From a virus, in IMG/VR virus record IMGVR_UViG_3300005529_000024, positions 110,396-174,395 of that record: DNA of 64,000 nucleotides; one strand, 5' to 3'. The notes below the pieces were generated by a model that ran no database searches, had not been told where the DNA came from, and saw only the letters and a program-made list of their open reading frames with translations. The position numbers and the translations under genes are program-made. Every line of letters begins with the position of its first letter. Positions within the stretch are counted from its first letter, which is position 1. This document shows positions 30,731-42,181 of the stretch, in pieces.

Positions 30731-32317
30731 ATGGCGAAATACACAAAGCATTTCCAAACGAAGCAGACCAAACAAACTGAACCGATTCCCGGTAAGAACC
30801 AGGTGAAAAATAATGCTGGTGGTTATACGTTCAAGATTACCCCAGAGGCGCAGTTTAAGCGATTCTTGATTCTTGGTAGTGATGGTGGTAGTTATTATCA
30901 GACCGAGAATGACTTGACTGTTGAAAATGCTGAGAATGCAGTTGAGTTTATTAAGCAGGATGGCGTTATGGCAGTAAAGCTTATTGCTGAAATCTCAGAT
31001 CAGGGTAGAGCAGCTAAGAATTCACCGGCTATCTTTGCTCTGGCTCTTGTTTGTACATTCGGTAGCCCTGAAGCAAAAGCTTGCGCGTATAAGGCGATTC
31101 CTGTTGTGTGCCGTATCGGTACTCATATCTTTGAGTTTTGCCAGTACATTCAAGATCTTCGTGGGTGGAGCCGTGGGCTTAGAAAGGGTGTTGCTTCTTA
31201 CTTTGAGAAAAAGGTTGCTGATTCCAATCTGGCGCTTGACGTTATCAAGTATCGTCAGCGTGATGGTTGGACACATAAGGATGTTCTTCGTTTGTCTCAT
31301 CCTTCAATCAGCGGTAATGATGTCAACTCGGTTTTAAAGTGGGCTGTTGGTAAAGAGGTTACAGAGAAAAACGCGCTCATCAGTGCATTTGAACAGATTC
31401 AGAAGACGACCAATGTTAATGAGGCTGTTAAGCTGATTGAGGAGAATAACCTCCCTCGTGAAGCTGTTCCTACGGATCTGCTTAATTCTGCGGATATCTG
31501 GAATGCTTTGCTTGTTAAAATGCCGATGAAAGCCATGATCCGCAATCTTGGAAAAATGACTTCCATTAACCTTCTTAAGTCTAACTTTGGTGAACAGGAG
31601 AAGAGAGTTATTGCTTCTCTTACTAATGTAGAGGCTTTGAGCAAGGCACGTATCCATCCTCTGGATATCCTTGTTGCTCTTAAGATCTACAGTCAGGGTC
31701 ATAGTGAAAGAGGATCTCTCTCATGGCGTCCTGTTCCTGGTATTGTTGAAGCTTTGAATGAGGCTTTCTATCTTTCTTTCAAGAATGTAGCTCCACTTGG
31801 TAAGAACTTCCTTATCGGACTTGATGTCTCTGGGTCTATGTCTAGCCGTATTTCAGACAGCAATTCATTGACTTCACGTGAAGCAACTTCAGCTATTTCT
31901 CTGTTGCTGGCCCGGACTGAGAAGTCGGCAGAGGTGTTTGCTTTCTCTAACTCGTTCATGCCGTTGACTGTTCACAAGAATCTGAGCCTTGAGGGATTGA
32001 TGCGTAAGACAGAAAGTCTCCCATTCCAGGGTACTGATTGTGCTCTTCCAATGTTGCATGCTACCCGTAATAAGATTGACAACATTGATTGTTTCATCGT
32101 GTTAACCGATAGTGAAACGTGGGCTGGAAATATTCATCCTAGCCAAGCTTTACTTGATTATCGGAGACAGTTTAATCCGGAAGCCAAATTGATTGTTTTG
32201 GCAACTGTTCCTTCTGCTTTCACGATTGCTGATCCGACCGATGCAGGCTATTTGGATATCGCTGGATTCGATTCAAGCGTGTATTCGGTCATGCAAGAAT
32301 TCCTGAAAGGATGGTGA
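30731..32317 (+). CDS. rsr: Ro60/TROVE-domain ribonucleoprotein (Rsr) with vWA domain
   Basis: NNAGGY, RFLILGS, RGWSRGLRK, KYRQRDGWTHKDVLRLSHP, MIRNLGKM, vWA MIDAS DVSGSM, GTDCALPM, TDSETW. Confidence 0.95.
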   Translation: MAKYTKHFQTKQTKQTEPIPGKNQVKNNAGGYTFKITPEAQFKRFLILGSDGGSYYQTENDLTVENAENAVEFIKQDGVMAVKLIAEISDQGRAAKNSPAIFALALVCTFGSPEAKACAYKAIPVVCRIGTHIFEFCQYIQDLRGWSRGLRKGVASYFEKKVADSNLALDVIKYRQRDGWTHKDVLRLSHPSISGNDVNSVLKWAVGKEVTEKNALISAFEQIQKTTNVNEAVKLIEENNLPREAVPTDLLNSADIWNALLVKMPMKAMIRNLGKMTSINLLKSNFGEQEKRVIASLTNVEALSKARIHPLDILVALKIYSQGHSERGSLSWRPVPGIVEALNEAFYLSFKNVAPLGKNFLIGLDVSGSMSSRISDSNSLTSREATSAISLLLARTEKSAEVFAFSNSFMPLTVHKNLSLEGLMRKTESLPFQGTDCALPMLHATRNKIDNIDCFIVLTDSETWAGNIHPSQALLDYRRQFNPEAKLIVLATVPSAFTIADPTDAGYLDIAGFDSSVYSVMQEFLKGW

Positions 32318-32321
32318 TCAT

Positions 32322-33431
32322 ATGAGCACATTAAAAGTAGAGATCTGTAGAATTGATGGTGTGGAAAAGCATCCTAATGCCGATAGGCTGGATATTGTCA
32401 AGATTGCCGGTTGGCAATGTGTCACACAGAAAGATGCTTTTAAGGTAGGGGATTCCTGCGTCTACATACCGATTGACTCGATATTGCCCCTCGAAGTTGA
32501 GAGTAAGATCTTTGGTCCTGATTCTAAGATTAAGCTTGATAAATCTAGGGTCAGATCAATTAAACTTCGTGGTGCCATTTCACAGGGTATGGCTGTAAGA
32601 CCATCTACTCTCGGTATTCCTGATGATCAGGATGTTGGTACAGATGTTTCTGAGATTCTTGGCATTAAGAAATATGAACCGCCTACCAGGGAGGTGTCTC
32701 ATAACAGTCAGCTTAATCCTAAACCAAAGCGAAGCTGTAATCCTAATTTCAAGAAGTATACTGGTATCGAGAACTGGAAATGGTATCCAACACTTTTCGA
32801 TAGCACAGAAGAGGTCGTAGTTACAGAGAAGATTCATGGTACAAACTTCCGCTGTGGCTATATTCCTTACTGTGCAAATACTTGGTGGAAGAAGGTTCTG
32901 AAGTTTCTTCACCTTACACCTCAGTATGAGTTTGTGTATGGTAGCCACAATGTTCAGTTGCAGAATAAACTGCGCTATAAAGGCTACTACAGCAATAACG
33001 TGTATCTTAAAATCGCTAAGCAATATAACCTTGAGTCTGTTCTGAAGAACTTTCCTGGTTTTGTTGTATACGGGGAAATCTACGGTGATAGGATACAGAA
33101 GGGATATAATTACGGGTGTGGTACAGGAGAGCATAAGCTCGTTGTTTTTGATGTCATGCACGATGGCAGTTATCTAGACTTTCCTGTCTTTAGTGTTTTT
33201 TGTAATTTGAGACGGCTACCTATGGCCCCTGTTGTTTATCATGGCCCGTATGATGGCGATAAGATTCTGTCCCTTACCAAAGGCAATTCTGTTCTCTGTC
33301 CTGAGCAGAGGGTTCGTGAGGGAGTCGTTGTGAAACCATTAAAAGAACAGATAACATTTATGGGTAGAAAGATTTTAAAAGTCATCTCTGATGATTATCT
33401 GTTGAACAACGATAACACTGACTTTCATTAA
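32322..33431 (+). CDS. ATP-dependent RNA ligase (DRB0094/Rnl5-like) with N-terminal OB domain
   Basis: HPNADRL N-terminus, TEKIHGTN motif I, YGEIYG, FDV, REGVVVK, LKVIS. Confidence 0.9.
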   Translation: MSTLKVEICRIDGVEKHPNADRLDIVKIAGWQCVTQKDAFKVGDSCVYIPIDSILPLEVESKIFGPDSKIKLDKSRVRSIKLRGAISQGMAVRPSTLGIPDDQDVGTDVSEILGIKKYEPPTREVSHNSQLNPKPKRSCNPNFKKYTGIENWKWYPTLFDSTEEVVVTEKIHGTNFRCGYIPYCANTWWKKVLKFLHLTPQYEFVYGSHNVQLQNKLRYKGYYSNNVYLKIAKQYNLESVLKNFPGFVVYGEIYGDRIQKGYNYGCGTGEHKLVVFDVMHDGSYLDFPVFSVFCNLRRLPMAPVVYHGPYDGDKILSLTKGNSVLCPEQRVREGVVVKPLKEQITFMGRKILKVISDDYLLNNDNTDFH

Positions 33432-34297
33432 TATTTAGGGGAGTATATGTTAAAGGATGTACACACAATAGTAGCTTGCTTTAGCTGTGATTTAGACAAA
33501 GAAGTAAGGGAGTATCTTTCCAGGGGTTGGCATCTTGGTGATCTCTCTGTTACGGAACTTAATGGTGAACTTAAGTTTGTGCAACAAATGTTGTTTTATG
33601 ATGAGACTTATTAAGGAGAATAAAAATGATCGATCAATCTAAAATGGAACAAGTAAGAGAATTCGGTGAATTGTTTGAGCAATATTCACGTAATAAAATT
33701 ATGGCCTATTTCCTCAGTAGCGGTGATCTGCTTATTGGTATGGTAGCAGAGGAACAAGCCGATCAGGATTGCATAACAAAGGTTCTGCTGATTAAACACG
33801 CTACTGCAATTTTCCCAATGGAGAGTAACCTTGCCGTTCCTGGTCAACAGGTTGCGAACATGACTCCTTTTGCGATGCCGACTAATATCAAGGTCCCGAT
33901 TAACCGTTTCTTTGTCAACACAAAGGCTGTAGTTGGGAGTGCCGTACTTAATAGTACCGAACCTCTCTTCGGTCATTATCTCGGTGTCATAGTAAGATCT
34001 GAGTTTGAAAAGCGTATGAAAAAGGAAGAAAAAGAGCCGTCAAGAATTATTCATCCATAGGATCGTCATGAAGAAGTTTTTTCAAAAGCTGATATCTCTA
34101 TTTCGTCAGCGCAACGATGTAAGACTAAAGTTTGTTTATTTCTATCGTGAGGATGGATTCATAATGGCTATCGACAGCAACTTAGTCATTTGGTACTACG
34201 ATACAAAACAGCAAACTTGGTATATGCGTTGGGGTAATAAGGTTAGCTTGGATAATCCTTATTCTGTTATTAATCCTTATACAAAAAGGTCTGGTAA

Positions 34298-34672
34298 ATG
34301 ACACCGGAAGAGTATATTGCACAGGTTAAGATTACAGAGTCAACTGATTGGGACGTTATCTCTGGTAGATTGAATAACATAGAAACATTGCGACTCCTTC
34401 ATTCTGCTGTTGGTTCGTCAACAGAGGCTGGAGAAGTATTGGATATTATCAAAAAGCATGTCTTCTATGGGAAACCGCTCGATAGGGAGCACCTTAAAGA
34501 AGAATTTGGGGATCTCCTTTGGTACGCTGCTATCGGTATGGACATCTTGGATTTTTCATTTGAAGAGGTAATGAAATCTAATATTGATAAGCTGCGGGTT
34601 CGATATGGTAAGAAGTTTAGCGAACACGCTGCATTGAACCGTATAGAGCATAAGGATGAATCTTTAGAATGA
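34298..34672 (+). CDS. MazG-like nucleotide pyrophosphohydrolase
   Basis: EAGEVLDIIKK...EEFGDLLWY...NIDKLRVRY. Confidence 0.85.
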   Translation: MTPEEYIAQVKITESTDWDVISGRLNNIETLRLLHSAVGSSTEAGEVLDIIKKHVFYGKPLDREHLKEEFGDLLWYAAIGMDILDFSFEEVMKSNIDKLRVRYGKKFSEHAALNRIEHKDESLE

Positions 34673-34935
34673 CAGTTTTCATTATTTTATTAGTGTCAAT
34701 TATCATTGGATCTCTCATTGATTGGTTAATAGGTCTTTTTATAGATCGATTTTAACGGAGTATAAAGATGGCAAAAGATAAAGAGTCTCATTCAGGGAAA
34801 AAGCATGGTACAAGAATTATCTCATGTACCTGTACAAATGCTTTCCAGGATAAACAACACGGCCATGGAAAGCGTGTTGGTAACTATACAAGTAAACAGA
34901 CTGCCCGTTGTACAGTGTGCGGGAAAGAGCATTAA

Positions 34936-36009
34936 ATGGGCTATTTACTCGCGTTATTACTATTCCCAATAATCTGGCCTTTCATAGCTAAAGCTATATG
35001 GTCAAGGGATATTACTATTAAGGAAATGCTCCTTAATATCGTAATAGTAATAGTCCTGATTATTCTAGCATGGGAAACAACATCCTATGTAAGCATGCTA
35101 GATACCGAAATCTGGAATGGCGAGATTCTATCTAAACATAGGGTTCATGGTTCATATGTTCGTTCTTATAGCTGCAATTGTACAACTGATTCAAAAGGCA
35201 ATCAGACTTGTCAGACTTGTTACGAAGATCATTACACAGTCAATTGGTACGCCAAGTCTAACATAAATGATATTCAATTTGATTATGCAGATTGGACTTC
35301 CAGGGGCGTATATAGTCTTCCTGATCCAGCTTCATACTCCTCTTGCAAAATTGGTGATCCTGTTTCATTGGAGCGTAGATTTAAAAACTATGTAAAGGTC
35401 GCCTCTAAGAGTTTATTTCATCTAGATCCAAATCTTGCTGTCTTTGAGAAGAGTATTCCTAACTATCCAAAAGTTTTCTCTTTCTATAAAATAAATAGAG
35501 TGCTCAACACAAATTCTTCCATATCTCAAGATCAGATCAATTTACTAAACGATAATCTAAACCATGGATTAAAGGAGCTTGGTCCGAAGAAGCAGGCTAA
35601 CATAGTAGTTATATTAACAGGTATTAATGATCATAACTATAAATCTGCTGTCGAATCTAATTGGCTTGGTGGTAAGAAAAATGATATCTTGGTTTTTATA
35701 GGTACAGATGCAGACAAGAATATAACATGGGCTGATGCAAGTACTTGGGCATTTAATTCAGGTAATGAGATGCTTCAGGTTAAACTTCGTGATTCTTTAT
35801 TGGAATCCAAGACGTTTGATGCTGAGACAATTTCTAAGATTATTTTAGATTCGACTAATAATTATTACAAGCGTCCGCACATGAAAGATTTTAAGTATCT
35901 ACTGGATGATATTGAACCGCCTATGTGGGTGTTTATCACGCTTTTAATCATTGGGATAGCAGGTAGTATTGGGCTAAGTATCTTTTTTATAAAGGAGAAT
36001 GTACTATGA
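34936..36009 (+). CDS. Membrane protein with large extracytoplasmic domain
   Basis: Two N-terminal and one C-terminal TM segment, WLGGKKND motif; coupled to the LemA-like gene. Confidence 0.6.
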   Translation: MGYLLALLLFPIIWPFIAKAIWSRDITIKEMLLNIVIVIVLIILAWETTSYVSMLDTEIWNGEILSKHRVHGSYVRSYSCNCTTDSKGNQTCQTCYEDHYTVNWYAKSNINDIQFDYADWTSRGVYSLPDPASYSSCKIGDPVSLERRFKNYVKVASKSLFHLDPNLAVFEKSIPNYPKVFSFYKINRVLNTNSSISQDQINLLNDNLNHGLKELGPKKQANIVVILTGINDHNYKSAVESNWLGGKKNDILVFIGTDADKNITWADASTWAFNSGNEMLQVKLRDSLLESKTFDAETISKIILDSTNNYYKRPHMKDFKYLLDDIEPPMWVFITLLIIGIAGSIGLSIFFIKENVL

Positions 36010-36563
36010 AAACAGCCATGATTTCTTTAGCAGCAGTTTTAGGTATCTTTGTTTTGGTTGCAGTTTTTTGTGTAGGCTCATATATAAACGCTTACAACTA
36101 TGGAAACAGCACTGAAGCTCAGATTAAGGCAGAGTATTCCAACATGGAGAATATCCTTGGTCAATACTCGCTTAAAGTAGCGGAAGCGGCACAAGTACCT
36201 GCTGCTTATCGGGATGATCTTAAGACCGTTGTATCTGCTGCCATGACAGGCCGATATGGTCAGGATGGAAGCAAAGCAGTTTTCCAGTTTATCAAAGAGC
36301 AGAATGTACAGGTTGATTCGTCTGTGTATAAACAGCTTCAACAGACTATTGAGGGTGGGCGTAATCAATTTGAGAATTCCCAGACTAAGTTTATTGATGT
36401 CAAACGAGTGTATGAGACGAATCTTGGATCTTTCTGGACTGGAACATGGCTTAAGGTCGCCGGTTATCCAAAGATTAATCTTGCTGAGTTTAAACTGATC
36501 TCTAGTGAACATGCTCAGGATACTTTCAAGACTGGTGTTGACAAAGGATTAAAGATAAGATAA
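36006..36563 (+). CDS. LemA-like membrane-anchored protein
   Basis: N-terminal TM then helical domain (YKQLQQTIEGGRNQF...KRVYET). Confidence 0.5.
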   Translation: MKTAMISLAAVLGIFVLVAVFCVGSYINAYNYGNSTEAQIKAEYSNMENILGQYSLKVAEAAQVPAAYRDDLKTVVSAAMTGRYGQDGSKAVFQFIKEQNVQVDSSVYKQLQQTIEGGRNQFENSQTKFIDVKRVYETNLGSFWTGTWLKVAGYPKINLAEFKLISSEHAQDTFKTGVDKGLKIR

Positions 36564-36727
36564 TGGCTAAGAAAATTATATTCCAATGGAAATGGGGATC
36601 TGGTATCCTGGAAGCAACGGTGTTAGAAGAAGTTGACACCTATTACTATGTTCAGTTTGATAATGGCACCAGAACTATGTGTTTAAAAGACAAAATAAAA
36701 GTCATAGAGACCAAAGGAGAATAAGAA

Positions 36728-37795
36728 ATGAAACTGCAAGATTTGGATTTAGCGGCTGTTGAGGAAACAAAAGTAGAAAGTTTTATTTGTATGCTGGCAG
36801 ATATCAAGCTGCTTGATGCTGGTGTGGTTCATTGCGTGGACAAGGATTATAAACTCGATATTACCTCTATCGAGGATCTCTGTAAACTCCTTGACGTGCC
36901 TGTACGATTCCAGAAGCGTGTGGCTAGCATTAGCGCCTATCTTTGGGTTGAAATTGCGGCTAAGCTTCAGGTTGCACATAACCATGATGTTAGGGTGTAT
37001 TTTAAGGGTGACACTATTAAATCAATTGTTCATGTCGATTCTCCTGATGTTTCAAACGGACAGATGTTAGATGCTCTTCTGAATAACCCCGTCATCCAGA
37101 ATCTTGATGTCACTCGATATTCTATAGACGATGACGGCATCCTCGTTACCTTTACTGATCCGGCAAGGGACTTCTCAACTGGTAGCTGGTCTGACCTTGG
37201 TAATGATATCTTCCGCGTGGGCATCTCCTTCCAGGGTAATCAACTCGGTCATAACAGACCTAGACTAACAGAAGGTGTTGAACGTCTCATTTGTACAAAC
37301 ATGACTTATATGATGATGCGGCGTCACTCATATGCGCTCAACGTTAAGCGTCGTTCTTTAGATGTTCTTCTAGAAGAGCGTTTTGGAACATGGTCTCAGA
37401 ATAACACTATTATCAACCTTGTTAATGACAGAGTTAATTTACTTAAAAATACATCTGCGTCTTATCTTGAGGTTGAAACTGTTTTCTACTCTCTGGCGAG
37501 TTTAATTGATGACAGTGAGTGTGCGCTTGTTCCTGATCTCTATGACCGCATTCCAGTGCATTCTATCGCCATGGCTTATGGTGGAGAGCATCCCCTGAAG
37601 CGTTCGAACAAGTTTAAGGCCACAGCAAAGACACCGATCAACCTGTATGATCTCTACAATCATCTTACTGATGTTGGATCAAACAATAAGAAATTGAGCA
37701 CTGAAGATAGTTTGAGTCTCGGTATCTTGGGTGGTAAGTTCCTCATGAAGACTCCTGATCTCGTGGATGTAGCCCCACAGACTGTGATCTTCTAA
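36728..37795 (+). CDS. Possible distant DUF932-family protein
   Basis: ERLICTN motif, NLYDLYNHLT C-terminal pattern. Confidence 0.4.
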   Translation: MKLQDLDLAAVEETKVESFICMLADIKLLDAGVVHCVDKDYKLDITSIEDLCKLLDVPVRFQKRVASISAYLWVEIAAKLQVAHNHDVRVYFKGDTIKSIVHVDSPDVSNGQMLDALLNNPVIQNLDVTRYSIDDDGILVTFTDPARDFSTGSWSDLGNDIFRVGISFQGNQLGHNRPRLTEGVERLICTNMTYMMMRRHSYALNVKRRSLDVLLEERFGTWSQNNTIINLVNDRVNLLKNTSASYLEVETVFYSLASLIDDSECALVPDLYDRIPVHSIAMAYGGEHPLKRSNKFKATAKTPINLYDLYNHLTDVGSNNKKLSTEDSLSLGILGGKFLMKTPDLVDVAPQTVIF

Positions 37796-37997
37796 CGAAG
37801 GTATAAGATGGAGTTGTCTCGTTTCAAAGAAATAAAGCGTTGTATTAAGTGTGATTTCTTCACTGAAAATATACAGCGGATACACTGTAAAGGAAATAGG
37901 AACAGTACAGAGATCTGCGCTGACATTACTTACGAGCATATGCATCTTACTTGTAAGGGGTGTGGATTTGAGATGTTAGAGCATACTAAGGATTCTA

Positions 37998-38378
37998 ATG
38001 TCGTATAAGTTTTTGATACAACTGGCTATCAAGAATGTACACTTGGTCAGTGTCCACAAATCCAAGCACTTCTGCTTTATATTTAAAAATGGAAGTCTAT
38101 GCACGTTTGGTCTGAACTGTCGCATATTCTTCCAGACTAAAGATGGAAAAACAAAGTACTCTAAACATGCAGAGGAAGTGGCTATCGACAGATTGAAAGC
38201 TTTAACACGTAATACTCGATTCAATCCAAGGCATTATTCAATAGTGAATATTCGAATCAACAGTAAGGGAGAATTAAGAAATTCCAAACCATGTAGCGGG
38301 TGTAAGTCTATTATTGATGAGATCGGCATCAAGAAAGTCTATGCGAGTACTGATGCAGGGAACATAATAAAAGTATAG
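37998..38378 (+). CDS. Zinc-dependent cytidine/dCMP deaminase-like protein
   Basis: HAEE and SKPCSGC motifs. Confidence 0.75.
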   Translation: MSYKFLIQLAIKNVHLVSVHKSKHFCFIFKNGSLCTFGLNCRIFFQTKDGKTKYSKHAEEVAIDRLKALTRNTRFNPRHYSIVNIRINSKGELRNSKPCSGCKSIIDEIGIKKVYASTDAGNIIKV

Positions 38379-39139
38379 GAGGGATCATGAGTTTTGATTC
38401 AGAATATGGGGACAGTCAAAATGATATCAGCAGAGACGATATTCTCTCAGCATTATCTGAGGTCACAGACTTTGTGACCGAGGGTCAATATGAACTAGCC
38501 CATGAGAAGCTTTTGGATATCACGGATATGATAGAAAATATCCAAGAAGCTGAAGATTACGATGATCGTGAAGTTGATGAGGAATTCAACGAACATGAAT
38601 TCTAAAAGTCTTATTGACGAATTTCTGAAAAATAAAGGCAACACGATTAAGTCAGCAGATCAAGTCGTTAAGTCTGGATTTTATAAGAACATACATAAAA
38701 ACAGATGGGAAGCTTGGCTTGTTACTCCTGATGGCAAGAAGCTTTTAGGTTTTCAACCGTATAACAGTCAGGAATATTTTCTCATAGAATGGAAGGCAAG
38801 ATTATCAACAACTTACCCGGAACTTAAAAATGATCAATCCAAATAAGACGCTGTATGAATGTCATATCACTGTGCTGATACAGCCAGATAGAATAAAGGA
38901 GTATGAGGTACTTGGTAAAGAGATGAAGTGGAAGACATCCTATATTGCAGGTGATCCTGTTATGGGAGACAATATGACATACTTCTATTTCACAAGACAT
39001 CATACAGATTATAACGAGCTTTATTCCGAAATGCAGGCTGCATCTAGAATGATTAATATCGGTGTGGTTAGGGAGAAGATTGAGGCAATTGTTTACGATA
39101 CAAAGTTAGGGATAAAGCCAAAGGAGAATAAATAAGTTC

Positions 39140-39790
39140 ATGAAACTCGTTGCTCTTTCTGACACTCACAACCAGCATAATAATATAGAGGTCCCGAATG
39201 GAGACATACTCGTTCATGCTGGCGATATCAGCTATCAGGGTAGATTCCAAGAGATAGCAGTATTCATAAAATGGTTTGCTGCTCAACCTCATCCTATCAA
39301 GATTCTCGTACCAGGTAATCATGATTTCCTGTTCGAACGTGATATGCCTACCGCGAGAAAACTGTGTGAGGAGAATAAGATTACGCTCTTGGTAAATGAA
39401 GGAGCGACAATTAGAGATCTCTTTGTTTGGGGTAGTCCTGCTGTGCCCTTCTTTATGAATTGGGCTTTTAATTATCAGCGTGGTGAAGATATCAAACGGT
39501 TTTGGAACCTCATCCCTTCTGATATCGATTTACTTATTACTCATGGTCCACCAAAAGGAATCCTTGATGAGATTGATGGACAGGAAGTAGGCTGTTGGGA
39601 TCTTCTGGAAGAGGTCCTTAATAGGATTAAACCAAAAGTTCATTTGTTTGGGCATATACATAAAAATGGAGGGCTGTCACTTACAATTGATGGAACGACA
39701 TTTTATAATGTGGCTATTTGTGACGAAACGTATAAAACAACAAATCCAGTAACTGTGATTGATATAGGGAGAGAAAAACATGGTGCGTAA
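39140..39790 (+). CDS. Metallophosphoesterase (MPPED/Rv0805-like)
   Basis: SDTH, HAGD, GNHD, THGPP, FGHIH. Confidence 0.88.
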   Translation: MKLVALSDTHNQHNNIEVPNGDILVHAGDISYQGRFQEIAVFIKWFAAQPHPIKILVPGNHDFLFERDMPTARKLCEENKITLLVNEGATIRDLFVWGSPAVPFFMNWAFNYQRGEDIKRFWNLIPSDIDLLITHGPPKGILDEIDGQEVGCWDLLEEVLNRIKPKVHLFGHIHKNGGLSLTIDGTTFYNVAICDETYKTTNPVTVIDIGREKHGA

Positions 39791-40415
39791 TGTTGAAGGG
39801 TTAAAATTTTTCTTAAAGAATACGATCTTTGATGTGGTTCTTTATGATACGGATGATCATAAGAAATATGCTGTCGCTGGTGGTGCTGTACGCGATTACC
39901 TGTCTAACAATCCGATTAAAGACATCGATATTTTCTGTGAAGATATTGAGGCAGAAGAATATATCCTGGATAGGCTTCAATCGTTAGCTGATTTCGGTCA
40001 TCCAGATATCGTCTACGTAAACCATAATGATTTCCTTTCTAACTATCGTATTGGGGAATATGCTGTTCAGATTATCCGGAACAAGTATTTCCCGCTTACT
40101 AATGATCCTAGTTTTCTAATTGAAGCATTTGACTTCACCATTTGTGGCGGTATGGTTCGTTTCGATGGTGAAGCATTCTTCCTTCCTACATTCTTCCAAG
40201 ACTGTCTCGCAAAACATCTTCGCATTCAAGTTATTACCTTCCCCTTGTCAACACTCGAACGTATGCAAAAATATATTCAACGAGGTTACACAGCATGCAA
40301 TGGTACTCTCCTGAGTATTGCAAAGAGTCTTCAAGGCTTGGATTACGATAATCCAGATGTCAACACTCTTGTCTTTTATCCGGATGGTACGCCTAGATTT
40401 TTCTCATACGATTAA
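39780..40415 (+). CDS. tRNA nucleotidyltransferase/poly(A) polymerase head-domain protein
   Basis: AGGAVRDYL, KDIDIF, FDFTI. Confidence 0.75.
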   Translation: MVRNVEGLKFFLKNTIFDVVLYDTDDHKKYAVAGGAVRDYLSNNPIKDIDIFCEDIEAEEYILDRLQSLADFGHPDIVYVNHNDFLSNYRIGEYAVQIIRNKYFPLTNDPSFLIEAFDFTICGGMVRFDGEAFFLPTFFQDCLAKHLRIQVITFPLSTLERMQKYIQRGYTACNGTLLSIAKSLQGLDYDNPDVNTLVFYPDGTPRFFSYD

Positions 40416-41677
40416 ACTGTTTTTTATTTGTGAAAACAAACAAGGAGGATAACATGAGCTTTACAGTCAATGTAAACCAGAAGAATCTTTCTGATGAGGA
40501 AATTGATCTCGTTAATATAATCACGTACCTTTATCATGAATTTGACGAAGAAAATTTTGCTTGCATGGAAGACATTGAGGAGATGGCTGGTAATCTAGGG
40601 TATCCAAAGACTATCGCTAGAGTCACTCTCAGAATGCTCCAGAACAAGGGATTGGTCGAATGTGATCCTTATGGCCGTGGTTACAAGTTATCTGATGTTG
40701 GCGTTGCTGTATCAGATGAATGTGGTTTTTGGAAAAACTCAAGAGCAGCATATTATTCAGTTTTAGAAAGTAAAGATGTAAAGGAGGAGATTTAATGAGT
40801 AAAGTATATGTCATGGTATCGGGTGAGCCTAGTTCCGGTAAGTCAACAATCGCTCGCGTCATTAAGGAAGCATTACATGATAAGGGTATCGAGGTTGGGA
40901 CATTCGCTGATGGCAAACCTATTCTTGTCGCGCATCCATCTGAGATAGATGATCGTGTCAATACGTTGGTGAAGGATGGACTGACTATCGATCTCATCGT
41001 TATGCAGATGACGAAGCAAGCACCTCCTGTTAACAAATCGCCTAATCAACCTTTCAAAGGAACAGAATAGATGTATGAACTCACAATCGTATTGGTATCA
41101 ATCGGTTTCTTTTGCCTTACATGGGCTGCTTTTAGTCAAATAACTCATCCTCCATTAAGTGAAAAGGAGAAACGAGATGAACAAGACAGTAGAAAGCCTC
41201 TTTAAATTGCAGGCTCATATTGCTCAGTCTGCTCCTCAGAATCCTCCCAATCTTCTCGAACTAAGGCTCTTAGAGCTACGTTCGAAATTAAAATCCTACC
41301 AGGATGATGCGTTCATGGTGAAGATCGCTATCGGTATGTTAACCTTCGTTAGTTTGTCCGCATTAATTCTATCACTCTTCAGTCTCCGATATGGTATAAT
41401 GTCTCTGATGCTGGTGATCCCTTCTATCATAATCATCTCGTTCAATATCCTTCTTACAATGTGGTTGATCGTTAGTCGAAGACTCCAGATGTCTGATTTC
41501 GTAGCGGAAAGGCAAGCCATTCTTCGTGATCTTTCGAATCCGAATCAACAGCAATCCATGTTCGATATGGATACCAGGAAGGCTCTTTTCGATGATCTTT
41601 GCAAACTGTATACATAATACTATATACTGTTTTACATGAAAAATATTTAAATCTTTAATATTTTCTTGAAAAAGTCC

Positions 41678-41706
41678 TTGACAAAATACCATTCCGGCGC
41701 TAGACT
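41678..41706 (+). promoter_or_regulatory. sigma70-type promoter
   Basis: TTGACA-N17-TAGACT. Confidence 0.6.
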
Positions 41707-41785
41707 ATGGTACGTACAAATGTAAGCGTTATTGCAACTCATTGCAATTATACCTTGGATGGGATCATAAAAAGGAGAGAAGCGC

Positions 41786-42178
41786 ATGAACATTAGTAAC
41801 GGAAGGGCGGTCAAGAAGTCTGATGAACGGTACAATAACTGGCTGTTTAATAAGTTTCCAATGCTCTTCCTGGAGCGGGAAGCTAAAAACAGCAACGCTT
41901 GGAAGCAACCAGCTTCGGCTACTTATTGGACCGATGACATTCTTCATATCGATGTCAACTTCACCGGGATCAAGAGAGAAGATGTCAACCTTATCCTGGA
42001 GGAGAATTTTCTTTGTCTTGAAATCGTCAACCAAGGAGGTGAATGGCCTAAACGAAGACTTGCTGATTTCGTTCTTCCCCTCTCACTTGATTTTTCCTCC
42101 CTTCGATCAGCATATGATGGCAATACTTTAAAAATTGAAATAAAAAAGAAAGAAACAAAGATCTTAAAACCAAATTAG
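41786..42178 (+). CDS. Small heat-shock protein (Hsp20/alpha-crystallin)
   Basis: GIKREDVNLILEENFL, FVLP, AYDGNTLKIEI. Confidence 0.7.
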   Translation: MNISNGRAVKKSDERYNNWLFNKFPMLFLEREAKNSNAWKQPASATYWTDDILHIDVNFTGIKREDVNLILEENFLCLEIVNQGGEWPKRRLADFVLPLSLDFSSLRSAYDGNTLKIEIKKKETKILKPN

Positions 42179-42181
42179 AAG

